Of a stretch of DNA of 64,000 nucleotides, positions 28,356 to 42,069 are shown piece after piece. Position 1 is the first letter of the stretch, and each line of letters starts with the position of its first letter. The stretch is from the human T2T-CHM13v2.0 reference genome, Homo sapiens: the NCBI RefSeq assembly GCF_009914755.1, contig NC_060927.1; one strand, written 5' to 3'. The notes beneath the pieces were generated by a model. The model searched no databases. It had not been told where the DNA came from and saw nothing but the letters and a program-made list of their open reading frames with translations. The position numbers and the translations under genes are program-made.

Positions 28356-28554
28356 TGTATACCACAATTTTCACTGGTAACTTTTTATCATAACTCTTCC
28401 TTCTTTGGTTTCACTTCTCTTTGTACCTATCAATCTTAGCTAAATTTTCTTTTACAAGAAGGAAATAAATTAAAGGAAAAAGAAGAAACAAAGATGCAGT
28501 CGAAGTGTAAGGGAGATAAGCAAGGATGGGTGTAGTGAGGAAAGGCTTTGAAAT
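28325..28554 (-). repeat. Right arm of long inverted repeat, including (GT)n
   Basis: gtgtataccacaattttcactggtaa...gcaaggatgggtgtagtgaggaaaggctttgaaat; shares a 45-bp perfect stretch with the left arm. Confidence 0.95.
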
Positions 28555-29706
28555 TGTCCCAAACAGCAGATTTAATAACAAATACAGTCTCTAAAGAAAA
28601 TGTTTATAATCAGTTTCTTCCTTAGAGACAAGTAACAAATAGAAAAAATACATGTAAGTGTTGGCCATTGAAGGAAAGAATGATTATAGAAGATATTTAG
28701 GGTTTACTTTTTTACTGCTTATATCATTTTCTGATCAAAATTTTATCTAATAACTTGATTTACTAATAACAATATGCACCACTTGCAATTCTGGGCTCTA
28801 GGGCCTCGGCATTAAGAAATTGGATAAGGTCTTTAATCCCTTGAATTTCATAAAAATGGGAAGGTGTGAGACCTTCAAAGTGGCACATCTTTAATTACTC
28901 ACATACTTAAGTTGAGGTGTGGGCAGTTTCTCCGAGTCTGCACTAACTCCGAGTCTGAATGAACTTTAACTTCATTTAAAGAAAATCTCCATGCTTAGAC
29001 AAAGAGGCTAGAAATGAATCATAGTGAGTGACATGCTCTGATTCTCATTCCTCGTCTCTATGATGTCAATGTTTCAAGGCAGTTTCCTGTGGTGCCAGAG
29101 CAATAGTAGCATTGTGCATTCTTCTCAGGTCATCACATGGAACGAGCAATAGAAATCCAATATTATTTTCTAAAGCACAGAAGAAATAAAATTATATTTC
29201 TTCTATGCAACATCATTTCCCCATAAATCTTTCTTAACAGATATTATTTATCTGAGTCAACACTTCCTTACAGTCTATCCACATCCTATTAGTCCTAGTT
29301 TAGAGTTGGCAAAACAAAAGATAGATTTTCATGTGGGAAGAACTGTTGAATGGCAAATGTAGCCAAGATGGCTTGTCATTTTGCCTTTTCGTGCCCAATA
29401 TAGATCAACTGTGCCACTGATCAGCTAAAGCAAATCCTCCCATCCATAAAGAGTAGAAAGTGTTATACCACAGTAAAAGAGTCCTTTATGTTCATGCACT
29501 ACTCAACAAGCATTCTTGCCGAGAGCCTAGTAGCTGCTGGGAGCTATGCCAAGCACTGAAGAAAAGCTATAAAAAAAATATAGACAATGTCCCTAATATC
29601 ACGCATTGACCATTTGGTTGAAGGAGATACACAATAAACAAACAAACACACAAAGTAATTTCAGATTGTGAGGACTATGAAGAAAAAATTTTAAGAACAG
29701 AAAGTA

Positions 29707-31500
<1,794 letters not shown>

Positions 31501-32124
31501 CAAAATTTAGATCATGTCTTTTGATACTCAGCAATTTCTTGTGAGAGAATCAAACGAAACACACCACTGTGTAGTGGTAGAACAAATAATCTTTTTGGAA
31601 GTAGAAAACCATAGGTTATGTTATACTTCTGTCATTTACTGGTGGCATGCCTTGGAAAAGCCTTCAGTGTCTGTTTCATGATCTGAAAAAATGGTGCTAA
31701 CAATAACTAAGTTAACATTCACAGGATTTTTGTCATTGTTAAATAGAGTGACATATATCAAACTCATTTTAAAGCAGAAAACCACTATAAAATGCAAGCC
31801 ATAATCAGGATTATTTTATAGGTAAGAAACAAGGCTCAAGATAACTAAATGTTCAAGGTTAGATGATAAATGAAGGACCTAGAATTAAACCCCCATTATT
31901 TGATTCGTAGTCTACTGCTCTTTCCACCACACCATTTACAATTTTGTCAAACATAAAATCTACATCTCATTATTAAAAAGAAATAACTTCGCACATTTTG
32001 ATCTTTGTGCAAATACATTTATTATAACAAGAAATGTGGTGGCACACTGAGTTATAAACTGATTTTTCATGAATTGTCACCCAAAAAGCAGAAATTCTTA
32101 ATACCATACCATTACAACATATTA

Positions 32125-32449
32125 CATTCATGCACCTCTTTTTTGGTCAATGATGAACTATATAGGACATAGGACAATGGTCTCATAAGATTATAATACT
32201 GTAGTTTTACTCTACCTTTTCTATGTTTAAATATACAAATACTTACCATTGTGTTGCAATTGCCTACAGTGCTCAGTAAAGTAACAAACTTCAGATTTGT
32301 AGCCTAGGAGCAATAGGCTACACTATATAGTCTAAGTGTGTAGTAGGATATACCATCTAAGTTTGTGTAAAATACATTCTACGTTACTCACAGGACAAAA
32401 TCAACACATTTCTCAGAAAATATCCATGTCATTAAGCAGTGCATGTGTG
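32125..32449. mobile_element. Tigger3a (GOLEM/MER7)-like DNA transposon
   Basis: cataagattataatactgta...gtagcctaggagcaataggcta...cattaagcagtgcatg; TA-flanked ends. Confidence 0.8.
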
Positions 32450-33433
32450 TACTTCCTTGAGTCAAAGAATGAGACTCAGCACAACTCATTATTTTGAGTA
32501 CTAATGCCCAGTGCAGATCCTGTTAAGACTGGTGTGATTGCAAGAACAATCCACATTATGAACACTGGAAGTTTTTATATTTGCATTACCCAGAGTGACA
32601 TGCATATATAGCAACTAAACTTTGTCCAAAAATAAAATAAAATAAAATCTCTCCTGGCCCAGAGCATTGTGTTAGCCACAGAAGAAAATGGAAGGGTATT
32701 TAAATAGCTATTTAACTCACTCAGATAAATGAACTAATACAAGTAAAGTATAATACTTTGTGTGACTCATGAAAACAAATCAATGAGAATAATAAACTAC
32801 ATTTAGAACAAGGAAAAATATTGCATATTTATTACTCTTCTTTGATGTCTAGAATGAATAACGTAGTATGGGAATCTTCACTAAATTACAGTGTGAACAC
32901 ATCCAAGCTAAATTGTACACTATTGCTCACAAATTATACTTTGCTAATCAGGTAATGGTGCTGTGTCTTCTTACAAAGTAGGCACCAAAAAGTAGTCATC
33001 GCAGCATTTGAGACTGGGCATGGACTCCTAGAGTTCACTCGTTCTTTCCCAAAGTGCATTGTTGTGGCAACTACCCCTCACACACGTGTTATCAACCACC
33101 CACTAAAAAAGATGCCTGTCACTGGCCAACTAGTATAGACCCGACTTTAAGATATGGGGTGAGTGTCTGCAAGAATACTTACTACAGCCTGGCTCATTTT
33201 CTGTTTTATAAAATAAAACCACCTCTCATTTCTTGTTGACTTTCACTTTCTACCTTTTCTTCTTTATTTTTCCAAAGGGAGCCTGAGGCCAGATTTTTAA
33301 AAAGGTGTTTACTTCAGTAAACATGATTTGGCTTGTCACCTACACAATCTGTCACTAATTCTTCTTCCACAATCCCATTCACGTTCTCAGCAAATGCCTA
33401 AGCTGGGCTTCTAGATCAGTTCTGCTAGAATTT

Positions 33434-33505
33434 GTGTGTGTGTGTGCACGCGCGTGTGCATGTGTGCATGTCCACGTGTGTGTGCATGTCCACACATGTG
33501 TGCAC
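33434..33505. repeat. Alternating purine-pyrimidine tract (TG/CG/CA)
   Basis: tgtgtgtgtgtgcacgcgcgtgtgcatgtgtgcatgtccacgtgtg... Confidence 0.85.
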
Positions 33506-34007
33506 TGGAGGAACAAGACTGAAACCCTGTACTTTCTGGTTTTGTACAAGACAATGCTTTTATTAATCACCTGTCTGTTCCCTAGTACCAATAACTCCTT
33601 AAAAATTGCTATCCTAGACCATCTTCCTGTTCATCGAGCCCTCAATCCCACCCATCTCTATTATCATCACATTTAATTAAATGCCTTTGCTCTTACTTCT
33701 ACCAGAAGATGGTGATTGTAAGATATGAACTACCTTATCTTCCCTACTCCAAATATTCCAGAGTCTACTTTCCTCTGTTCCTTTGATTTTCTTCCTTCTT
33801 AATCTAAGACCTTCTTTCTTCCCCAAGACTCCATGCCTAGAATATAACCAAATGTTTTTCTACCTCTCCACATCTCCACTCCTCTTTGCCTGTCCAAGTC
33901 TCATTGAACAAAAAGACCCACCTCAAATCCCACCTCCTATAGGAAGCCTTCCCTTATGTTCCCAGAAGAAAAAGAGATATACCCCTCTTCCATATTCTTA
34001 TCACAAG

Positions 34008-34311
34008 TTTTGTTTTTATTTTTATTTTGAGATAGGGCCTTTCTCTGTCACCCAGGCTGGAGTGTAGTGATGCCATTATAGCGCCCTATACCCTCAAATT
34101 CCTGGGCTCAAGCGATCCTCCTGCCTTGGCCTCCCAAGTAGCTAAAACTAGAGGTGTATACCACTACACCTGGTTATTTTTTTATTTTTTTATGGCAATG
34201 GGGTCTCACTGTGTTGCCCAGGCTGATCTAGAAATCCTGGCCTCAAGTGATCCTCCTGCTTCAGCTTCTGAAAGCACTGGGATTCCAGGCATAAGCCACC
34301 ATGCTCAGCCC
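34008..34311 (-). mobile_element. AluJ
   Basis: ttcctgggctcaagcgatcctcctgcc and gggtctcactgtgttgcccaggctg J-type diagnostics. Confidence 0.9.
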
Positions 34312-34774
34312 ACAAATATTTTTCATACATGTGATTTGGCAGTTAACCTAATTCTGCCTTGTGACAATTGCATAATTATCTTGAATTGCTGTTTTATTTT
34401 CCTATTTTGTTATTTAACTTCGTGCATATTTCTGATATGCCTTCCCAACTAGATTTTAAGTGTTTTAAAGGAAGACATGATAACAAACATCTCTTTTCAC
34501 AATTTATTAAATATGCATAGAATTATTCACTTGATTTGATATGTGGACGTTACTTTAGATGCAATGTCAAATAAAAACATAAATGGTTTTAAAAGAGTAT
34601 CATGATGTTGATATAATTTTAGAGAGTAATTAAACAACTTACATACCCTGAAACCCACAATTCTGTCTCTAGATGTTTGCCCTAAGGAAATGCTTACATG
34701 TGTATACCAGGAGCATGACCAAGGAAACAATGCATTATTGCTTGTCACAATGAAAAACTGGAAACAATCTAAGG

Positions 34775-34980
34775 CAATAGTTCTCAATATGTAGGTTGCC
34801 CTCCAGGGGACATTTGGAAATGTCTGGACATATTTTCTGATAGTCATAATTGATGTTACTGGCATCCAGTGAGTAGAGGCCAGAGAGGGTACTAAATATC
34901 CTACAATGCACCGAACAATCCCCCAAAACAAACAATTATCTGGTTCAAAATGTGAATAGTGCTGAGGTTGAAGGACCCTG
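34775..34980. mobile_element. MER20 inserted in an old L1ME fragment (~34640-35300)
   Basis: ggggacatttggaaatgtctgga, tactggcatccagtgagtagaggccag, aatagtgctgaggttga; atctaa on both flanks. Confidence 0.85.
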
Positions 34981-37419
34981 ATCTAACTGTTCATCAGCAG
35001 ATAAGCAACTGTATTATATTTATTCAAAGGAATAACGTTAAAGCAAATGAAACAATGTGTATCAAAATAGGTAGATCTTGAAATGCAATGTTGAGTGAAA
35101 CTAGAATGTGGTGAAATAATATACACAAATGGTCTGAATGTTTGTATATTCCAGAAGCACTCAAAGCCATGTTATAAATAGAACATGAACTGGAAAGGTA
35201 TGAATCAAATTCATGATTTGGGGCTGCTTCAGGAATGGGAGGGAGAAGAATGGACCTAGGGAGGATAACTTGAAATAGATTTCAACTTTATGATATTACT
35301 TCACATTTAAAAAATCAACCAATATTCTCTAGAGCCCACATAAATCTGTTCCATCTTGTGGTTAGCGTTAGCAAGATGTTGTTGCAAAAAGAAATGCAAA
35401 TTAAACTGCTAAAAACTAATTATGAGTGTAAAATGCTCAAAAGAATGCCAAAGGTAGAAACTCATTTTATAAGGAGATGATGCCCCAAACATCTTCTTTA
35501 TTCATCTACAACCCCTGTGAGTGGGACTATTTGAGGTCAGATGCCACAGCTGTATGGCTGTGACCACTGGTTCCTTTCCAGCTTCTCTCTCTCCTCACTC
35601 ACATGTCTCATTCAAGGCCAACCTGACATCTACAGCCCAAGGCTGAGGGTTTTATGTAGATTTGTGGCTCTTCAGCCATGGATGAAACACTCCTTATCTA
35701 CACACACACTCCATACTGGGCCAATCTATTGGAAAGGACTTTTGTCAAGACACTTTCTTCTTTGATCTGATCACTTCCATCACCACAGGCTGCAGTGTTC
35801 GCATTTGGCTGATACCCACATTGGTTCTTGCCCAGTCTTTTTTTTTTTTCCAGGAAAGATATCTTCCCCCACTACCTACTATGTGCAGACAGGAATTTAA
35901 GTGAAGATAGATTCCCCCAGAACAATTTATTCAAAGATTATTTTAGCAAATATTTTCTAGGTACTTGCTGTGCTCCTGGACATAAAATCTTGATGTCTGG
36001 GCCATCTGCTGCCCCACTGCTGTGGCAGCATCTCCTTCTAAGCTCGGTTTTCCCCTGATTCCCTATGCTGCTTTAGCTAATGAGTTTCTGCCTGACGCTA
36101 CTTCCTCTCCTTCTCCACTGACTTCATAAGACCAAGATCATTACACTCATCCCAGCCCATTACACTCTCCATCATACTCTCCATCTAACAAATTGCAGCG
36201 CCCTCAAGTATTTTAAAGCATCAGAGCAAGTGAAGACTATACATGATAAATATTTATACATGATAAATAAAAATTTATCATGTACTCTAAATGATAATCT
36301 CAAATCAAAGAAATGGTTTGAGAAAAAAATATATATTCAGTATATTTTTGTTTTCTATAATACACACTATAGAAAGTAAAACCTGACAAAATGTTCTTGG
36401 CTGGCAGAAAACAGAATGAAAAGCACTGCAGGAGGTATGGATTTTGAAAGGTCAAGAAGTCTTACTCTCAGGACACCTGCTTTGCCATTTCACTTCCCTA
36501 AAGGAGCTCTGCCCATTTCTAGAGAGAGGCAACGTGCATTTACTTCTCAGGCAGATCTGCATTTTCGCCTCATAGATCTTACTGACCTATTTCTTATTTC
36601 CCCCACATAAACAATAAAAGTAATAAAAAGAGCCACATGTACATTTCACAGAGCAAATAAAAAACCAAGACATACTCATCAATTCAGTGTATCTAATTTT
36701 CACATTTTTCCTTTAGTTTCACATGAGTGAAATCTGAAAGGAAGAATACCCCATAATGTACCAACATTGCACGGTGAAGAAGTGATAGCAATATTAGAGA
36801 GCTGTCTAATGTCCAAAGCAAAACAAACCCAGCAAACCCAACCCAATCCCTCCTCTAAGAAACACTTACATTTACGCCATCTACTGAAAGTTCACCTGCC
36901 ACTTGAAGTGCAAGACACTTTGAGTTTTCTAAATGTGCCTTCTTCTATTGACTTGATCAATTTAGCTTTTCACTCATGGTGTGTATGGTCTCTGATTTAC
37001 CTTGAATTCACTGGAACCATTTGATGTTTTGGCCATTATTTTCCCATTAAAGTATATATGGTGTAAATGGATTTTCAGGTTCACTGAGAGTATAAAAAGC
37101 TTTCACTGCTTAATGAAAGTGTGTTCTATCATGTCTTATGGTTAGTGCCTACATAACCAGTTCTTGCACCAGGACAGGGTAAAATGGGAAAGACCAGCAA
37201 CCCTCTGCTGGGGTGGGGTAAGAGGGGGGTGTGATCCAGCTGTTGACACTCAAAGATGGTGCAGTTTGTGCAAGGCGTGAGATCGAGCATAAGGTAAAAA
37301 TAACAACTACGGGAGAGAGGCAAAGAATCCTACCAGTAAGGTACCCCAAAAGGTGGACACAGGATAAGAATTGCAAATCCATTAATAATATTCCAGAAAA
37401 GAAGGTAGAAAGTATAAAA

Positions 37420-37720
37420 ATACTTGATTTCGTAAAAATGTTGATTCTCCCCAAATTAATTCAAAAATTCAGAGAAATTCCAATCAAGATCCTACGAGAA
37501 TTTTTAAACTTGTAAATGTGACAAACTGTTTCTAACGTTTATCTGGAAGAAAAAGTGCTGAAGAATAGCCAACAAATTTTTATGAGAAAAAATTACAATG
37601 ATGGTCTAGTGTTAGCAAATACTAAAATGTGACATAAAGCTACAGCAATCAAAACCTTCTGGATGCCAGAATATGCAAATTATATAAATAAATTAGAGTA
37701 TAATTTAAAAACAGATCTAT
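37420..37720 (+). mobile_element. Old L1M ORF2 fragment
   Basis: Translation VKMLILPKLIQKFREIPIKI matches L1 ORF2 [21 protein letters not shown]. Confidence 0.7.
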
Positions 37721-39267
37721 GTATTACTTACAAATGTAGTCTCTAGTAAAACTGGCTCTTAACAGAAAAAAATGTCTGTAACTCAGTCAATAATTTATAC
37801 AATTTATTGTCCAAATCAGAACAGTTTGACAGTAAAAAGGAATACCAATAGGATGATAGAACAACAGCCAAATATTGAACTATCCTATGCAAATCTTGAC
37901 ATATGTCTACATAGTTACCTATAGGGCTGTTTCTGCATAATTTATAGCTCCTCATTTCACTCTCAGAGCCAGTTCGGGTACTAAATTCTAGTTGCCCAAG
38001 TTATAAGGCCTGGTCTCCAGGCAGGTGTTCAAGAGCCAAGCTCCAGGCTCTGAGAGAGGCTATGCCAAGAACAAGACAGGGCCCATATTCTCAGACATGA
38101 TTGGAAGATAACATCTAGGTTACATCTACAGGAATTTGACAGCAATCAAGGCAGAGATTTAGTTTCAATGACTTGAAATACAAGAGACAGGAGCTTCAGG
38201 TTACCCTGATGTTGAGCACCAAAATGCTGATCAAGAGGGATAGCCTCAGGTTTGGAGTGAACAGAAGATGAGGACCAAGTGCGGTATTGTATGAAGGCCA
38301 GGAAACAGACAGGACCTAGCGGTGTTTTCACTTTACTTTTACCTACTTCACAAGTGTCATAAATTTTTAGGGAAATTCTTGAGACAAACTGACCATTATT
38401 TTTACCAACATAAAAAAGCAAACTACCATAAAATGATTCTCAGTAAGAAAGCTTCAACAGTTAAAATCAAAAAAAATATGTGAAAATGGTGCAGAGGGCT
38501 GCCAAGAACTCTGATAGAGTCCATACACATTTTACTATCACTGAAATTTACATAAAGTATTTATTGCTGGACACTTTACATGCACTATCTCATTTAACCA
38601 CACCCACCACTCCAAGCTATTGTATTAGCTTCACCTAAGAGAAGCCGAGGCTTCCAGGAGACGTACCTCACATCCTGGCTAATTGGCAGAGTCAGAACTC
38701 AAGTCTTTTTGACTCTTAGCTTTTATGTCTTGTTGGTATCAGGATTAATTTGGGGGTAAATGAATAGAGATGCCTGGCAGCACAGGATAAGTCCAACAGA
38801 TACTCTCAGGAAAAACAATTGCACAAAATCTAGTCAGTTATGTTTTAGTTTTGAAGAAAATAAATACTCATTAAATTATAATTATCTGGTTTACCCGATA
38901 ACACCAAAATCACAATACCATTCTTAGAATAATCCTTGGCTCTTCTTTTGCTCACACACTCTACAATCAAATCCTGTCAGTCCAGTCCTCAAAATAGATT
39001 CAGCATCTCCAACGCTACCCTACTGCTCCACAAGCCCATCATCTCTGTCCTGACTCTTTCTAAATACAATGTCAAAATGGGTCTCTCTGTTCCAACCCTT
39101 GCTCACTGCAAGGGCTCAACCTGTCAGCCAGAAGGACTCCATTAAAAGTGACGTTGATCATGTCCATTAGATGCTCAAAGCCCTGCAGCAGCTCTCCACT
39201 TCACTCCAGGCAAAAGACAAGTCCTGGACATTGCCTACAGGCCTTTTGTGATCTGGCTTCCTGCTGA

Positions 39268-39463
39268 CTTTCTTTTTCTTTCTTTCTTTCTTTTTTTTTT
39301 TTTTTTTTTTTTTTTTGAGACAGGGTCTCACTCTGTCACCCAGGCGGGAGTACGGTGGTACAATCATAGCTCACTGCAGCCTCAACCTCCTGGGCTCCAG
39401 CAACCCTCCCAATCTTGGCCTCCCAAAGCATTGGAATTACAGGCATGAGCCATGGCACCAGCC
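39268..39463 (-). mobile_element. Alu monomer (FRAM-like or internally deleted AluJ) inside L2
   Basis: polyT plus ~150-bp single arm; degenerate TSD ctgctgactttct / ctactaactttct. Confidence 0.8.
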
Positions 39464-39615
39464 CTCTACTAACTTTCTAATGCACCTCCCCCACTTCCAT
39501 GTGACTCACTTTGCTTCTTTGCTGTTCTTCAAATACAGTAAGCACATTATCACCTCAGGGTCTACATTTGCCATTCGCCTGCCTTGAATGGGAAATCTAC
39601 TTGCTTACCTCACCA

Positions 39616-39860
39616 CCAGATCCCTTACCCCTGATCTCATGGCCAGATCCCTTATTTATTTATCTCATGGACAGATTCCTTATCTCTTTATCTCATAGCT
39701 AAATTTCTTACCTCCTTACTTCATGGAGAGATCCCTTACCTCCTTACCTCATGACCAGATCCCTTACCTCCTTACCTCATTGCTAAATTTCTTACCTACT
39801 CACTCCATAGCTAAATTCCTTACTTACTCGCCTCTAGCTAAATCCTTTACCTCCTTCAGG
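39616..39860. repeat. Degenerate 28-bp minisatellite, ~9 copies, within L2
   Basis: Units such as ccagatcccttacctccttacctcattg and ctaaatttcttacctccttacttcatgg. Confidence 0.85.
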
Positions 39861-40118
39861 TCCTCATCAAAATGTTGGTTTATTAGTGAGGTCACTAATA
39901 GATTAACTAACGATCCCCTCCTCCCACGTATCTTCTTCCCCTGCATAATATTCTCCAAGGCATTATCACCAGCCAACATGATATATATACAGTCATAATT
40001 CGTTATCTTTATCTCTTTATCCCACTTGAATGTGTTAGCTTGAACCATATGACACTGCCTTTTATGTAGGTAGAAAATGGTCAAATGTCTATAATTTCAT
40101 TTTGTTTAACTTAGTAGT

Positions 40119-40470
40119 TGATATGGTTTGGCTGTGTCCCCAACCAAATCTCATCTTGAATTGTAATTCCGATGTGTCATGGGAGGAGGCTGGAAGGATG
40201 CAACTGAATTTTGGGGGCAGGTCTTTCCCATGCTATTCTCATGACAGTGAATAAGTCTCACAAGATCTGACAGTTTTAAAAAAACAGGGGTTTTCCTGCA
40301 CAAGCTCTCTTGTCTTGTCTGCCACCATGTGAGACGTGTCTTTCACCTTCTGCCATGATTGTGAGGCTTTCCCAGCCACGTAGAACTGTAAGTCCAATAA
40401 ATCTCTTACTTTTGTAAATTACCCAGTCTCAGGTATGTCTTTATCAGCAGTGTAAAAGTGGACTAATACA
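40119..40470 (+). mobile_element. THE1 solo LTR (THE1A/B-like)
   Basis: tgatatggtttggctgtgtccc...gactaataca. Confidence 0.92.
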
Positions 40471-41704
40471 GTAACTTTATAATGATCTGTTTCATACACT
40501 GCTAAATTTCCTAATGCAGATAACACTGCCTTGCATATAACAGGTGTTCAATAAATAATTGTTTAAAAATGACTTGTTTGGCACAAGTTTTAAATAACTG
40601 AAACATGTAGAAGTAGGTAGATGTCTTGTCTAACTGATGGTAATTAATTTCCATCTCAGCCCAATTTAGTCCCCAATTATCACATCTTATATACCCAGTT
40701 AGGAAATTAGTTCAACCTGAACCACCCTTGTGGTTTCTTTGGAACTCAAAGCTAGCGGTATTCACCCCATTTGCCTCTGTCTCTTCAAAGACTTCAAAGC
40801 TCTGAGTTTTTCCTGTTGACAGTTTCAAAAAAAAAAGAAGTTATCTATTACTTTTTGTTCTTGGACCTCCCCTACATATTCCACACTTTGGAAGGGGAAA
40901 CCTGGCATGGACGAGGGCATTCTGGGGTCCCTGGCAGGCTGTTCCCGGATCACACAGTCACGGCAACTCTTTACTGAGTTAGGAGTAGGAAAAAGGTAGA
41001 AAGGCCTATCGTCCTCCCTTTCTGCTCTCTTTGTTCAAGGCTTAGAGAGTCTTGATCCCCAATCTTAATATATACTAAATAACATTTTATTTCCACTTCA
41101 TTATTTTCTTGCAGAAAGTTAACTGCTTTCTTACTATTCAACATGGCTTTTATTTTTAAATTTTAAGTATTTTAAAATTCCATGGAAGATTATGTATTTA
41201 TAGCAGTAAATGCTCAATAATATTAATATCAGACCTGCTTTTCCCCCTTTTTGAATCTGGGTCCAAAATAATCAAATAGGCTTTACCCTATTTGTTCTGT
41301 CAAATGTATTTGTACTGGGTCTGAGACACCGTAACACAAAGAACATAATCATTACTGGAATGTAATGAGGAGAATGTGCATATCTTGGGAATTACCATAT
41401 ATGCATGTTCACTACCTCTTCCTCCCCACTCTTCCCACCAACTCAGACTCCAGATCCATATTCTTTTTTGGGACTCCAGAAATTCACCAGGGATATTCTT
41501 CCAAAGGTTTGTGATACCTCCTTTTCTCTTGCTGATATAATTGCCAAGCTGTGTGAGGTAAGGAGCTCTCTATCCTGCCAGTTCTCATTTACAGACAGAA
41601 AGCCATTACATCTTCATTTCAGCCACAGACCAAATGTTCAGTGTGTCTTATTAAAAAATATTAACTCAAAGTTGTTTTAGTACAGAGTTTTCTGCTTCAG
41701 TTAC

Positions 41705-42069
41705 TGTCTTAGTCCATTTGTGCTGCTATAACAAAATGTGACACACTGGGTAATTTACAAAGAACAAAAATGTATTTTCTCACAATTCTGGAGACTGGGA
41801 AGTCCATGAAGAGGTCTGAGCATTGGTGTCTGGTGAGAGACCACTCCATTGATGAAATTTTTAATGGTAGCATCCTCACATGACAGAAGGCAGAAGTGTG
41901 AAAAGGGCCAAAGGCTGTGTGAAGCCTCTTCTTTAAAGGTCCTAAGCCCACGAACATGGGCTCCACCTTTATGGCTTAATCTCCTCATAAAGACTCCACA
42001 TCTTAATACTATCACGCTGGTAAGTAAGTTTTAGCAGAGGAATGGGGAGAGGGGCATTCAGACCTACCA
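41705..42069 (-). mobile_element. MLT1A-type MaLR solo LTR
   Basis: tgtcttagtccatttgtgctgctataacaaaat...cattcagacctacca; TSD GTTAC on both sides. Confidence 0.85.

Noticed and set aside
24235-28554. Foldback or MITE transposon with long terminal inverted repeats
   Set aside because: No target-site duplication at the outer ends (..tgtat versus tgtcc..) and the arms match no family I recognise; a genome-wide BLAST showing many arm copies would revive the idea
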